This document shows positions 1-14,700 of a stretch of 64,000 nucleotides of DNA, piece after piece. The stretch is from assembly GCA_051294375.1 (NCBI GenBank), contig CM119265.1, positions 18,130,764 through 18,194,763 on the forward strand, read 5' to 3'. The notes below the pieces were generated by a model that saw only the letters and a list, made by a program, of their open reading frames with translations, had not been told where the DNA came from and did no database searches. The translations under genes and the position numbers were made by a program. Positions within the stretch are counted from its first letter, which is position 1. The number at the start of each line of letters is the position of its first letter. Source of the stretch: Paraspadella gotoi (Eukaryota > Animalia > Chaetognatha).

Positions 1-1499
1 TCAGTCGCCCGATAAACTATTCGCTTGACCGAAAAAAAAAAGTCGAAAGGAAAACGAGAGTGTGAGTTGCCAGTGTTTGCGGTTACATCGCCTTTCATCC
101 TCTCATCCCAATATCAATGGCCATGCGAAATCACGACCACAGTATCGGTTACGGCACGACTCGGATGATAATACCTAATTAAGTGGCGGGAAACAAGGGG
201 ATTTGTCACCGAGAGTCAGAATTGCCTTCGACAACGATTTTCTCCAAAGCACGCTTGGACTTATATGTCGCCAATTTCATTCACTTGCCACTTTACAAAA
301 AAAACCAACCCACAACCCTCCAAAATCGTTCCCCTCTATCCGAAGCCCCACAAGGTCCACCCTCTAATCCCGTTAGGGCTTTTGACGTTTTCCACAAAAA
401 AAAATTAAGAAAGAAAATTCGTCTCTCGACCGGAAGTCGACGATGACGTTAAACCCTCTTTTCTCCCTTCCAAATCTCCGTCCTTTTTTTTCCCATTTTT
501 TTTTTGAACGCGGATTCCGGCGAACGTGACGTCAGACGAGCGTCAACGGCACGTGCGTGCGCGCAGTTTTCGTTTCTCGCGCGCAAAAATACACGCAAGA
601 GAAGCACGCATGCGCTTTATGAACGAGCGCCCGTCGGCGGAAGCGCGCGTGCCTCGAGAAAACCGCGCGAGGAGCGAAGGGGATGGATTGTCGCTACTTC
701 CCCGTTGTGATTATAATAATAATAATAATAATAGAATAATAATTATCATTGATATCATCGGCCTTGGCCAACAGAGATCTACCGCTTACAAATTTTCTAA
801 TTCACCCTGACACTTTCTCTCTCCCTCACCTGTAAACCGGAAGTGACTCGGTCACGCCCCCGTCGCGCGTCACCACGACGTAAAACTCTTCGTGGTTGAC
901 GTCCAGATCAAAGTCGAGGAAGAGCGAACGCAGCGGCGCCAGTAATCCGGCGGCGACGGCGAACAGCGCCGCTTCCCCGAGGGCGTTCTGTATTTGTGGG
1001 GCGGCGAGGAAATGGCAAGGTTTTAATTATTATTAGTAATAGAACTAAAAGTAATAAAAGAGTTGGGAAAATATATTTCGTGAGAATTTCTCCGTGGTTT
1101 CATTCAAACAAACTCAACGAGTTAATATTACGTAAATCAATGAACGAGTAGATGAGGGATTCGAAGCCAAACAAATAGAATTCATGATAAAAAGATGTTT
1201 CGCCGGTTTTCACATAGTGAATTAAAGTCACGGAATTAAAGGCTGAAAAGGTTTTTGTTGGGAGACACGGTTTGGGTCTTTATTTTTGCGTACTATTTCG
1301 AAGTTAAACGAAGTTATTGTCTCAGTCGTCGCATCAGTTCTTTCATCGTCATTGCTTAAGTTAATCGCTAAGTTGTATTCGTCGAAAAAACTGCTGCTGG
1401 TTGTTAAATTAGTGATGTGTAAGCTGTTTCACATAAACACAAACGCATGTGCATTTAAGTATTTTTTGGTATGAGAAAAATAATAAGAAATATAATAAT

Positions 1500-1625
1500 T
1501 AAAATTTTAAAAATTTTAAAAATTTTATAGAAATATAATAATTAAAATTTTAAAAATTTTAAAAATTTTAAAAATTTTAAAAATTTTAAAAATTTAAAAA
1601 TTTTAAAAATTAAAATTTTAAAAAA
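1500..1625. repeat. Tandem AT-only 9-mer repeat (TTTTAAAAA)n next to an N gap
   Basis: Repeated aaaattttaaaaatttt units directly before the gap at 1633-1642. Confidence 0.8.
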
Positions 1626-4013
1626 TATATATNNNNNNNNNNGCAATATAACGACCGAAAAAGCCCGATTAGTAATCAGTTATTACAATTCCGATATGCC
1701 AGAATCCAAACAAATTCGCAAACCAAAATAACTTAGAAAAAAACGAAAAACGTAAATACCGAGAAAAACAACTAACTCCAACTACCTTTTGATACGACAT
1801 CAGCCACGCGGTAATTCGCATCTCGGGGAGACCCTAACGACGCCCACAACTCATTCCGTCGTTGAAAGGCGACGGTCGCCTTTTTAATCCGGAGACAAGG
1901 CGACAGCCATTCCCCTATCAATTACGAGCGTTCGCTTTTTTAATCCTAGACGCGGGATGTCGGGACGCTCTTCTCTCTCCGCTCCCATTTACGTCCATAA
2001 ACTCGGCGATGTTGATAAACGCGGCGTCGTTGACTACGCCACTTGACTCGGATTCCATTTCCTTTTACGAGCGTCATAAGGTTCGTTTCCGGTCGGTCGA
2101 GCGCCGCTTCCGACGTCACGTTGGCGTTACGGGGGGCGTCGTTCAAGGGAGCCGGGGTTTCCGGGTGCCGAGAAAATACCGCCGGCGAACGACGTACAGT
2201 GACGAGAGAGGGGCACCGAAAACGACGGAGACGCCGTGACGCTTTTGGCTCTTCTTTTCCGAGTCGCCGTTGCAACGACGCCCCGCGGGATCATTCTGAA
2301 TCATTTGATGGCAGCGCCCTCGTCTGGGACGGCTTCGGTATCAACGTAAATGGAGGAGAAAATGGGACGAAAGGAAAAAGAGCTACTGGTAAAAGACGGC
2401 ATTTCGGAAAAGCCATTGGCTTCGCGTAACACTTAGGCCCTTTTATCGTAACTCCTTAACGTATTTCACTTAATAAAGTAAGTTCTCAATAGCACAGAAA
2501 TTAACCGAAACAGAATAGTTAACTTGCATCGCTGAATTGACTCGGTACAAGATTTGGCGTCTCTTTAACCCCCCCCCTCAAATGAAAAAAGCAATTCAAC
2601 CACTAAATCATTACAAAGCCGTCGTCCATGGCAACCGTTTCCCGCCGCATTTGTTATCCTTGCCGAGATTAATTCGGAAATATTAAGAAAAATAGATTTA
2701 TATCGGATCAGAGATCAGAGTTCAAATGAGACTGGCGGCTCAATTCTTCGATACCGCCTCTTTACCGCAGCGCACTCTATATATCGAAACCGCTCCGGCG
2801 ACGGCAGATGACGGCTGCGGCTACGGAAGCGGTAGCGGCAGCGGCCAAACGCGTAAGAAGGCGCCGACTTCTCTCGCCTTTTCCCCGAAGGCGAATCGGC
2901 GACGGGTAACGACGCCGGTAGCGGCGTCGCTCTCGTTGTAGCGGCACCATTCGTCTGGCGTTTTATTTGATCGATGCCGGCCTCGGCCTCGGGTCTCTCT
3001 CTCTCTCTCACACTCACACTCACACTCCCACACACACATTTCGATCGAGAGTAATCGATCAACGCCGACCGAGTTCTTGTATTCGCTTCTGAAAATAATA
3101 ATACGCGGAAATTAAATTTACATATTGGAGTAAAAAGTAATAAAACCAAATTTTAGTTTTTGTTCCTTATCATAGATAAAATGTCTTGCTGACAAATGTT
3201 CATAAAAGTCGCTTTACACCTTCCGACCCTCGACTTTCCAAACCAAATCATTTTTAGAAAAGACATTAATGTTTCAAGCGTTTCTTGCCCTCTTAAAATT
3301 TATTACAGGGAGAATATATTTGTTAGTTAAATTCGAAAAATTAATTTCAATTTCAATTTTAACACACATATACGTATACAAAATTTCCATTTTTAAGGCT
3401 ATCATGGACAAACGAATTGTTGATTGTTTTTACCGCGATGCCACGATAAATTTAAAATATCTTTAAAAATTATTTGACAAAATTAAGATAGAAAACTTAT
3501 ATCGTCGACTGAGTTACCCAATTCCCTTTTTTTGCCTCAAACAAGAGCACAAAGGGGCAGAAAAGAAAAAAAAACTGGGTCCATGCAAATGAGGTAACGG
3601 CGTTAATTTCTTTTCCTTTCCGGTCGGGGAGACGTTGAGAGATTTTACGAGCCGACTTCCTCGCAAAGTTCCTCGAAGCTCCATTTTTTTCGGGGGTAAA
3701 ATTGAACCCAACGTCAAGGACCAGAGAGACGAAAATCGAGTTCCGTGGACGATACAAAGTAAACCTAGGACCTATGGTTTATTTAACTAAAATTTAACTA
3801 AAATATTCAACAAAGCGCGGATCGTTTCAAAGACTCCCCTTGCGCCAACGTTTTGCATTCATGCGAACCACCAACTTGACTGACCCTAACCAATAACCAA
3901 TTCCGTCTCCATCAATGACCTGTAATGACAGATACAATTACAATTTCAAAAACAATAACAAATAAAATACAATTACAAATACATATACAATGAAGAGACA
4001 GTGATTATTAATA

Positions 4014-4224
4014 TATGTCAATGACAGAACCGTTCAATATAAGCAGTCCCTGAGCTTCGGATCAGGCTGTAACACCATGTTACAGGCGGGTTAAGCGCCC
4101 CGTCCCTCTTAACTGCTAGGAGGCCACCGGGCTAGAACCCCGGACCTTAGGGTTGGGAGGCGAATGACTTGCCTCCGGCACCAATGACCGCTGATGAACG
4201 GTTGGTGGATTTTGGTCCACCATA
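4014..4224 (-). mobile_element. Solo LTR-like unit (family C) with tRNA-like head and twister ribozyme
   Basis: GC-rich island in AT-rich DNA. Minus strand starts TATGGTGGA-ccaaaa-TCCACC (terminal hairpin) and ends TGACATA. A-box-like TGGTGCCGGAGG and T-arm/B-box CCGGGGTTCTAGCCCGG precede the twister. Module order matches the TRIM LTRs. No clean TSD. Confidence 0.65.
4042..4117 (-). ncRNA. Twister ribozyme, P5-type permutation
   Basis: Minus strand: AGCAGU(P5)-UAA-GAGG-GA-CGG-GGCGCU-UAA-CCC-GC-CUGUAAC/GUUACAG(P3)-CCUGA-UCCGAAGC-UCAGG(P4/L4)-G-ACUGCU(P5). L4 CCG pairs with CGG (pseudoknot). P2 is one base short, possibly a sequencing deletion. Confidence 0.75.
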
Positions 4225-4733
4225 ACAATTATACATCCGCCAATTATTAAGGTATTTTAAAACTGTATTCTAGAGAAATCCACTCTTTTTTTTTAAATTT
4301 ATTTCTAAAAGTGAACAAGTTCGGCAATAAAAAAATTTTAAAAGTTGACAAACACCTCATTAAAACTCGTTTAACTAAAAAAACGGACTCCAACACCAGC
4401 GCGAGAAACGAAAAACTAGTCTCGAGCCAAAAATTTAAAAGTAATTTTTTTCTGACGAAGTAGGTTCGTCGCGATAAATTGGATTTCGGCGAAACTTGAA
4501 ACCATTCATCTCGCTCAAAAAAAAAATCCAAAAATCCCACGTCACTTTTTTTTTCAAAGACGTGTGTACGACTACAAAATAGTTACGTTAGTAGCAAATC
4601 TAATGAATTCTGTTTAGGCGCATAGCCGAGACCCAGACCCTTAAACGTATTAGGCGATATGACTTTCGCAATCCTGACAAACGACATGAGATCTTGGCTT
4701 TAACCATTCGCTCTCCCCCTCTCCCTCTTTCAC

Positions 4734-5213
4734 CTGGAGATAATTTGCGTCGAGCATCTCGCTCTCCATCTTCGAGTATCCTTTCTCCCGCGCCACAAGT
4801 CGACGTTCCGCCATCCATAATGAAACGCGTTGGCGCAGCATGGTCGAGAATCGTTGGCGCAAATGTTCCGGGGGAGTTGATCGGGCATTCGTTGCAGACG
4901 GCGCAGATGCAGCGAGGTCGACGTCTCCGAAGGCGTCGAAATCAGCGGCAATGTCTCCTGTGGCTCCAGTGACGACTGTATTGTCTTGGGAATCGACGTC
5001 ATCCTTAAAATCGACGTCGTGATTGTCGAAGTCTTTGCGGTAACCGGCGCCATTTTTCACTCTATGCTCTTTGGTATGTGTGCCGTTGACTCTTAAGCAT
5101 TCGACTTCCTTTTCCGACATCAACGTCTTCATGAAGAGGATGACGTCATCGGCCAGAGTTGACGTCATTTCCGGTTCTTTTTCGCGCGGCGACGTTTCGT
5201 CCGAAGAAGACAT
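4734..5213 (-). CDS. Probable first coding exon of a spliced gene of unknown function
   Basis: ATG-initiated GC-rich ORF (MSSSDETSPREKEPEM...LDANYLQ) ending at a CAG|GTGAAA donor near 4733. GC-rich blocks at ~3600-3760, ~2760-2955 and ~1800-2330 may be further exons. Confidence 0.5.
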
Positions 5214-6866
5214 TTTCCGTCGTTTTCGTTCGGGTATTTTTGTCTTTTTTGTTTTTTGTTTTTTTATTCATTTAATTATTAATATTAGTATCGGGTCTGG
5301 TTAAACCGATAATCAATTATATTTTAGTTCATCAATTTTGACCAATGAAGTCTGGGATCATTCACGCAACATGGCCCAAAACTCTGAAGATCCACCCAAG
5401 ATGCGGCCCTAAAAAAGGAAAAAAAATAATTGTCGAGTTTTTTTCTATTGCTTTTTTTATTGATTTTTATTGTTTTCCGAAAGTAAATAATTCTTTCGCG
5501 GGCAGGTCAGATTCGTTTACATAAAAAATAGTTGAAGTTAGCGGCGAAAACCACTTTTTTACCAGCAAATCATTTAGGTTGTTTTTTCCCGAAACAGAGC
5601 AGTCGACGATTTCTGAAATATACTCTTTAAGTTTAATTTCGAGAAATGAAGTCAGCTTGCAGCTTGGTTTTGCTTCGTTCTCGTATAAGATTTTTTAAAT
5701 GATAAATTTTTAACTCATTGTAAAATAACAATTTAACTCAAATTGAAATCATCTGAACTTTATACACAATTCACAACTAAAGTTCGTGTGACGAAACGAT
5801 TTTTTTTCTTCTTAGCAGGTTTAATTAGAGTTAATGACGTCACGGAGAAAAGAAAAATAGTAGGCATTGGTTTTTTTATTACTTTTTTTTTCGTTCCTTA
5901 GAGAAGACCTCTGACGATCGGCAAGAAATAAACTTACTAACTTTTTGTTAAAAAAAATGTTGCGACGACTTCATTTTTTGCTATCGTTCGTGCGTCGTTA
6001 TTGATTTTTCCCTCGGGAAACGAAGAAGAGTATGAATCATACTATGATATTGAAATATCAGAGAGAAGAAAACAAAAAGACGACGACGACTACGTTCAGG
6101 ATTAGCCTGGGTGCGAACGTCGTTCCAGTATCCGCTAAGTAAATTAGCCCGGATTTCTATCAACACCGAAAATTTGCCAAGATTGACGCCGGGAAAAAAC
6201 AAAACGGTTCTGAATTTAACTTCAGATTTTAAAAAGAAAATATTAGCAAACACTAAAATTGCGACTTGGATGCCACTCGCGCGCCTTTAGATCGCCCTCC
6301 CCCGAACCTCCAAGAGTCTCAATCAACCTGGTTCCCCACAGCGAGAGTCACAAGAATGTGCGGGTCACTCCTGGGTTCAAATCCGAAGGTCATGAAATCA
6401 GTTCGGGTCAGGCGCGTGCTGGCGATGACAGGCAGCCGCGTTGATTTTAAGAGGGACTAACAAGGACGTTTTACGACAAGTGATATGAGGATTTCAATTG
6501 AATGTGAATGTGAACAAAATGAAATAAAAGAATAAATGAATAATATAAAAGAACAAACGGCGAAGATTTTAGCAAAAAATAAAAAAGTTGTAATCTCCGA
6601 TTTTGTTTTTGTTTTTTTTATTTTTTAATTAACATCAGATGTATTATATTCACAAATTACGCTTACATTATTATGCGTTTATATTTTTATTCGATGCTGA
6701 CATGAAATGAAAAGGCCAAAGCCCAAATATTTGAATTAAGACCTTAAACTGAAAAATATTTAAAAAAAAAAAAAAAAACCGGCATAAAAGCTGAACGAGA
6801 TTGCTGTTATTCGGTCATAAAATATTACATTAAACATTAAAAATTTTCCAGTCGAAATACAAAAGT

Positions 6867-6917
<51 letters not shown>

Positions 6918-7023
6918 GAGTAAGAGTTTGAAGGGTGAGGACCGAGAGGATCAACCTTCGCGTCAAACGATCGACTCGAACTGATTTCGAAAGTTCGGCC
7001 TTCGGCAGAGAATTCGGATGGAT

Positions 7024-7085
7024 TGGCTTAGTAATTAGGGCAACGAACGACGAACGGCAGGTCTTCGGTTCAAGCCCGGGTTGAT
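7024..7085 (+). repeat. tRNA-derived SINE-like head (A/B box)
   Basis: TGGCTTAGTAATTAGG followed ~30 nt later by GGTTCAAGCCC; no complete cloverleaf. Confidence 0.35.
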
Positions 7086-7737
7086 ACACCCCGAAGAAAA
7101 CTAAATTACTTAATATTGACAAATGGGTTCATCAGATTTGATCATTAATTGTGGCAGTTCAAAATGTCGTTCGAAACCAACTGCGATAGCGTTTAGTTAA
7201 AGACCATCGAGTGATTTATACAATAATAGTAACAACAACTATCAAAACTGTGCCGGACCAGATTCGAGGATCGTTTGTTTCCGTTACTGGGTCAAAACTG
7301 ATTAGAAAAGTCGATCCCCTAATCGCTCGGATCTCATCTCCTTGTATTTCCACTCGATCACAAAATTCTTTGTTTAGTGTTGAGAGGAAAAAAAGAATTA
7401 AAAGAATAATTCTCTTTCCCGCTCACTGAAAAATCTGGTGAGGCATCCTTGTGGTACCACTATTTACAACCGTTTAGCCAAGTTTTTTTTTATTTCTTTT
7501 TTTAATTTTTTTTTTTTTAAATATTCGAAACCGGTCGTTAAAACTTTTAAGAAACGTACTCGGGAAGAAATAAAGAGAATTTCGGAGATAAAAAGATCTT
7601 GAAAAAAAAAAGCGAGGGAGAACTCCGTGTTTGGTCGAACGATAAGAACCAGGACACTAAATTGTTAGACAAACACATCCCGAAAAAAAAAACTCTGAAA
7701 GGCTTCGAAAATCAAAACCCGGGTTATCACACATATG

Positions 7738-7770
<33 letters not shown>

Positions 7771-8989
7771 TTTACGTAACTCGCTTAAAATGTATCGTCC
7801 TCAGGTTCACCTTTGTTGATTAATTTAGCCGGGTTTTTTTTTCTTCTTGGTTAGAGAAGGACCTCTTATCTTAACCGTTTCCTTCCTGAAACCTCTCGAT
7901 TCAATTTTAATCGCCTTTATAGATAATATATGAAAAAAATCATGATATACAAAAAATATTGACATTTTCGTTATCATTCTCGTGATCGCATTTACGCTAA
8001 AGATGACCCGAGGGCCGAGGTCATCTTTCGCTCCTGTAGACCAATGCTGCTCCCCGCCCCCAAGGGAGAACGTCTGGGGAGAAAAAAAAAACAAACGACC
8101 CGGGGTCAAACCCGAGGACCTTCCTCTCGAAAATGTCAATTCTTTTGAGACTGGGTTGGCGAGTTGGGTGGTTGACTGCGAGCTGAGTTGGCTGGATGCT
8201 CGGGTTAGGTTTTAGAAGCGGATGACGATAAAGAGAAATCATCTTCGGTAGGAAATTCATTCTTTTTTTTTTTCATTCGTTAAACAGGCTGTGAAAGGAA
8301 ATCGACGAGAAAAAGCTCCCGGGGTGTGACCGACGATGACGACGACGACGACGATCGCATCGACGACGACGACGTCGACCAGCGGCGTCACTGTCCCACC
8401 TGACGTCATTCCCCGTGACGTTTCACGCTCTCTTGATTTTTTTCGCGCTTCTTCCCCATCCGCGTTTTTCGCTTCCGCGTTCGGCCTTGAGATGGAGTCT
8501 GCGTTGAACGCGGACTTTTGTTTTCAATTTTTTCCCCTTTTTCCCCTTTTGTTTCGTCCGTTGATTCGAGTTTCATTTTATATTGTATTTTATTCGTTTT
8601 TTTTTCTCTTTTGTTTTTTTTTTCTTTTGCTTCGTCCCGTTTTATGTTTCTGTTTTCTCTTTTGTTTTTTTTCTTTTGCTTCGTTCCGTGTTGTGTTTCT
8701 TCCCTTTTGTTTCCCTTTCGATTTTTTTCTGCTTCTTCCGCTTCCGTGAACAAGGCTGATGTTTTATGGTTGACGCAAGAGTGAGCAGACATCACCGGGT
8801 CAAGAAAATGGGACTGTCCTCGCTCTGACGGCTCTCTCAGTTAATTATAAAAAAGTTAGTTCGAAATTTTGTTTTAACAAAGATCTGCCCACGACCATTA
8901 GCGGTAAGCAGCTGATCAAATAATTAATTAATTAATTTATTAATTATTTATTATTTAATTTTTTAATTTTTAATTATTTTTTATTCGTG

Positions 8990-11710
8990 TTGGCGAAAAA
9001 TCCAGGCAAAGCGATCGAGGCGACCAAAAGCGTCCACTACGGCCGCGGACGGGCGGTGCCGTTTCGACGGCCAGCGTTCCACCCCTGTCGACCCGCCTCC
9101 ACTGCCGCTGACGACGGTTTCTCGAGTCCGAGTAGGAAGTAACGAAGATCGGCCGGTTCCGGATTTCCAACGCGCCGCGACCTTGAGGCGCGGGACCACG
9201 ACGTTAGCGTAACGCCCGTGCCGGCGACTCCGCTTCAGGCGCAAAGTCAGGGTCCGAGGCGCTGGTGAACATTTCGGCGGCAGGAGGAGGGCGGACGTGT
9301 CGATCCAACGTCGGGAGCAGCGCCGCGACGACAACTTTGCCCACTGTGAGGAAACCGTCTTCCATCATGAACAGTGCGACGAGGGAGAGCGGGACCGCTG
9401 GTCGGCGCGGAACGACGCCAAACGTGATTCCTGGCGGACTCACGTGGTAGTTTTCTCTTCAGCTACTCTTCTAATCATCGCCATTCATCCTTAGGCTCCG
9501 CAGTCGTCCAAGTGAGATCCATCGGTCAATCGAACGTCGTAGTTAATCATAGTTATCATCATCATCATCATATCATCATCATCATCTCCGTCATCATCAT
9601 CAGGCCATAATGGCTTCAAGAATACTTCAATCCTCTGCAGCCGAGGGTTGGAAATCGTGAGTCTGCGTAGATTAGTTTCTTTTAAATAATTGAAGTCATC
9701 AAACAGACAGACAGGCAAACGAGAGCAAGCAGGCTTTTAGACCCATTTCACTTTGAAAGGGAACGATTTCCTCGCCGGTGTCGGAACAAAAATAAGTTAA
9801 TCTACCCAAAATGGAAGGACGTGCTTGTCGTCTCGACGAATATACGCGGAGAGCGGCGTTGCTCGACGAAGAGGGCGAGGAGGAGCTGGACGTGGACGTG
9901 GAGGACCGAGGAGGAAGAGGATGAGAAAGAAGAGGGCGGGAGAAGGCGAGGAGCGGCGCAGCCTTTACCGAGATCCGACGACGGAGGGAGAAGACGAAGA
10001 AGATGAAGAGGAGGCACGCAGAAGCAAAGCTGGTCAGAAGCCTTTGGCTTAGGTATCAGTTAAATTGCGAGTATATGTGAAATTTAGTGACAACCAAATG
10101 CTTACAAATTAATCGTGTATCCATTTTAAATGAGCTCATTGCCCCTGGCTTGGACAATGGGGACAGGATATAGTGGGTTAAAGGCCGTCATCCCTTTTTA
10201 CAAAAATATCACATACATAGCAGCTTTTAATACGTCATTTTATTATAAATTATACATTATAAAATAGCTAATGCTAAATATGGTAAGAATTGGCAAAAAC
10301 ATTTACGAATACTGTTAGAATGAAATGCTTATGGCATACGGGAGGTAGCCTGTGATACCCGGACGCGGGGTATCACAACTGGCCGATCCTTAGGGCTGCG
10401 GGACCTCAGTGACCGACCTCCGTGCACTGGCCGATGTTATACCGGCACCGTGGGTTAGAGCTCATCTAACTAATGCCAGATCTATTGGACTCCGAAGGCA
10501 TTGTAGTTGTAATATACAGATATATTCCGTCACTGGCCACATCACGCATAGAAGCGGAATATTCGTGGAGAGGCGTCCTGCGGCGTGTGATGTATTCTAG
10601 CCGCTGGCGTTACAAACACATAGACACGAGGCCCGCGCGAAAGACGTGAACAGCAGTGATGGCAGCTTTTAAGGTCTTGCTGCCACACATGTAGCCATAG
10701 ATGCAAATAATCAACTCTCTAACGACCCTTTTCCACCTCAGGTTAAAAAAAAGTCCACCCAACTGACTCTCAATGATCCTCGTCGGCGTTCAATCCTTGA
10801 TTTGCTTGACGCGCCGTTTCTTGGGCTTCGAGCGCCGTTTTCGATGTTTGGCGGCGTCCGTCGGCGTCGTCTTCCTGGGTCTCGCTCGGGACGCGCCGCG
10901 CGATCGGACGGCCGCATGTGCGAGCGCTCTTGGCTATGGGTGATGTTTTATGCAACGCACGGATGAGGCGATCTGGTGGTTCAAATCGAAGGACAAGAAG
11001 CGGGAGCCGGGGTGGTACGAGAACGTTTGCTGGGTTGGTGGCTCAGTGACGGAGAGTCGATCGGTTGTCGAGATTACGGCGCTTAAGATAACGATATTTT
11101 CTTTAAAAAAAATATGTATGTTTCATTAAAAATCAGCATACTAGATCTCCAAATTACTGTTAAATTGGTTAGACTTTAGAAGAAAAAAAAAACATCAATT
11201 AGGTCTAGGTCCCATACAGCCCACACGGGCCGCCGCTAACGTACGCAGCGTCCTGGATTAACAAGAAGAACGCCAACCCAGCAACAAAAAAAAAAAAAAA
11301 AAAAAAAAAACAAAAAAAAAAAACAAAAAAAAAAAAAAAAAAAAAAAACAAAAAAAACTATTCCCGCTTTCAATTAGTCTATCGGATAATTGTACTGTGA
11401 TACTTTATTAAATTTTTGTTACCATGTTTGTTTAAGCTTTCACAAGCCAATCTCCGTTGACACACAAAATAATTTCACTCCTTAATTTTCTCCCTTTAAA
11501 TTTTTTTTTCTTTTCCTTTTCTTCTCTCCATTTCTTTTTCACTCCTAACTACCTTTCCTATTTCCTAATTGCCTTAAACTTCCTGATAAATCTTCACCAC
11601 GAACTTTCACACTAACTTCCGTCGTGGCAATCTTCTCATTCCTACGAGTTCGCTTTACAGTCACCTACTCTCCCTCCTCTCTTCTCTCCTCCTCTCTCTC
11701 TTCTCTCTCT
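8990..11710 (+). repeat. Direct duplicate of 26730-28880 (3' exons of the large membrane-protein gene), rich in insertion errors
   Basis: Colinear by eye, e.g. tccaggcaaagcgatcgaggcgaccaaaag vs tccagcaacgatcgagcgaccaaaag; ends ...GGTGGCTCAGTGA at 11049. Confidence 0.9.
10330..10687 (-). mobile_element. Second, noisy copy of the family B solo LTR
   Basis: TATGGC...GCCACA termini at the same intronic site as 27917-28171. Twister P3/P4/L4 remnants at 10379-10479. The middle is garbled and longer. Confidence 0.7.
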
Positions 11711-11744
11711 CATCTCTACTCTCTCTCTGCCACATCTCGAGACA

Positions 11745-14700
11745 TCGCTCGGTCGAAACACGGCAGGGGAACGAAATTTACGGCCTCGGCCATCTGGTTC
11801 GACTGAAAAACTTATTTCTCTGTCGCCCGATTTATTCGCCACCGGCATACGCGACCGGTGCGACGTCAGTTAAGGAACGTTTTGCTTGCCTAAACGGAAG
11901 CTAGAATTGAGCCATAGCCTGGTCCAGTCGTAGCGTTCGCACACCTAGACCAAGAGTGTACTTTTAACCGTTAATTTATAAAAGCATTTCTGCGTTTCCG
12001 ATTACGAAGGATCGTAAGAGCACGAGTTTCTTGTGATTCTTCTTACTGGCGATGTTCAAACAGTGGTAGTTTCTCTCTCACGATCGGCTCTTCGTACAAA
12101 TAAAAAAAAAAAAAAAATATAAAATTAATGCAATAATAATTAATACTTCAAAATAATAACTACTAATAATAATAATAATTTAATACTCAATGAGTGAATA
12201 ATAATAATAATAATCATAATGAATAATAAATAAAATAATAATCAGATTCAAGTCTTCTCGCTTTATCTGCACTATCCTCGGGCGTTATATCTCCCCGGAC
12301 GGTGTAAAACTGGACAATGAGCTTTTTGAGAAGAATGGTGGGTGAACGACCTTTTGTTGACGGCGAACTGTATTCGTATTTAAATCAATTGCGAGTGACG
12401 AATGTCGAGACAGAAAGTGACTCTAAGCACGGAGAGAGGTGGCGATTCGTGACGCGATTCGATCCACCTCGCAGTCGACAATTTCTTTGACCTTCGTCCG
12501 GAGACACCTCTCTTGGCCACCCGGCGCTAACATCTCTCGGAAGAACGAGATCACGTTTTAAGCCGCAAATCAGGTGATCGCGAGGTGAAGGCCTTAATGC
12601 AGCACAGGTCGCCGCGCCTTCGTTAAAATAGAAACAAAAAACTGACTCGAGGCACTTGCATTGCATTATCTCGCGTTCTCGTGCATTATTCCCTTTCTTT
12701 GACGCCTACTCTCTCGCTGCCTTAAACGAACCCAATCGCCGTCCACTCGGCTCGGCGAAATACTCCGGTCATTGTCGACTCGAGAGAGAAGAGGACCACA
12801 ATCGAAGTTAAAGACAGTAGGTGAGAGAGAAGAGGAGCGAGGGCTAAAGAGGGCGACGAGAACTCGGCGGCTTCAGCGCTCGAGGCCGCTCCGCCAGGTC
12901 GGACGTGTCAATTGTACCGTTGTGCCCAGCCCGGCCGTTTCACCGCGGGAAGCACGGCCGGACCTCTCCAATAACAAAGGCGTGCGTACGCGCGTTCTCG
13001 CCGCTCCGGCCCCGCAGAATAACGCTCGGACGGATCCAGTGGGACCAAAGTTGGGTCGATAAACTCGACTACGTCCCGACCGATCGACCGATCGATGCCA
13101 AACCGATCTCGATCCGACCGAAACGACGGCCCGATCGACGCCCTGACTCGAAATGTCGTCGGTGCAGAATCCAAAAAAATCCGGCAAAAGATTAACGCGG
13201 AATTATCAATCGGGTTTTATCGGAAGGACTCATTACCATAATCGACATTTTGGCCACGCTGGCTCGCTTTCTAGTCGGTTAAAAAATTACTTCCCAAAGT
13301 TATCGAACCGATTGAACTAACGATTGTATGCGTCAGCGACGTGTATAAATTTAAGCCAACTAACCCGACTCGTTTATATCTAGAACAAATGTTTTTAATG
13401 TGTATAAACAAACATGACCTTTCGGGTTTATTTTTTAATCATAAAGGAACCACCAAGGCCAATCTTCTCCGGCGATCGCACAGCAGGAACATCGAAACTC
13501 GGCAACCCCAAATGTACCCACAGTACTCTCAAGAGGGAATTAGCGTGTTGTTAACTAGACGCCGAACGCCCGGGTGTCAATACCACAGCGAAACAAGCGA
13601 CAGAGGATACGAGAAAGAGGTACGGACGGAGAGCGAGCCGACGACGGTAGACGATGACGGACTCGTTGAATGGGAGAGAGCGGATAATTTTAATGTGTAT
13701 TGGAATGCAGAGACACAATATGGCGATGACGATTTTCATACATCTAAACTGTCTGGTCGAGACTGCGTTGCCCGCACAATAGCATTCTTTTGTTCGTTTT
13801 TAAAAATTAATACGCGAACAAATTTGTATAAATAAATTATCACGATATTCGAGTCTCTTTAAAATTTTTAATACCGTATCGCCAAAATAAACCCCGACGA
13901 ACGACGATGACCGACGACAAAAACGACGACGCGACTTCATCACAGAATCTTCGCAGAGTGAAGCGACAATGATTTAAGAGGTCTGACCGGATCCCGAATC
14001 ACTTCGGCCGAGAGAAATACGGAGCTGGGCTTGGTGTGGGGGGGGTATGGAGAGTGGCTGGTTCGTTTGAAGGTGGTGAAGATTGATGTCAGTGGTCGTT
14101 AGAGGTAACCGTTGTCAGGTCTAAGGTGAGGAGTGGTCAAGTGGAGTGCAACGAGGCAGTGGGGTCACTTGGCCAATTTTCCATTTTACTATTTCGTTCC
14201 CAGGCATGATTATTCAAAAAATGTAATAATGCAAAATTCGTGATTGAGCGAAATATTCAATTTATATTCATCTTTAAGGACTTTTTTCTTTCCAAGCGAT
14301 TCATAATTTAATCTCACCAAAGAGATCCCACTTATAACCTCAATTTTTTGTTGTGAGTATGTGATAAGTTTCGGAAATTTTTGACGAAGTCATTTTAACG
14401 CCGGTCGGCTGCATTCCAAAAACAAAAAAGGTCAAATAAATCACGGTCAAAACTGTTACCAAGACGAATCGAGGCAACGACCACCCACAACCACCATCGC
14501 ACCACTACCACCACCGCAGTGATACACTTAAGACCATTTGTCAAAACAAAAAAAAAACTCTCACCTCTTCGAGCGGATTTCCGACCGGCACCGCAAGCAC
14601 CGCCGGCACCGCAAGCAACACGCCGGCCACCGCAGAGCATTTCGCCGCAAGCGACGCAGGGTGCCCGCGACCAAAAAAAAACCAGAGCAGCCTTGCGAAC

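Noticed and set aside
1500-1625. Telomeric repeat
   Set aside because: AT-only self-complementary repeat with no G-rich strand; internal and adjacent to a gap
4191-4200. CTGATGA hammerhead core
   Set aside because: No properly placed GAAA or supporting stems; the structured RNA here is on the opposite strand and fits a twister
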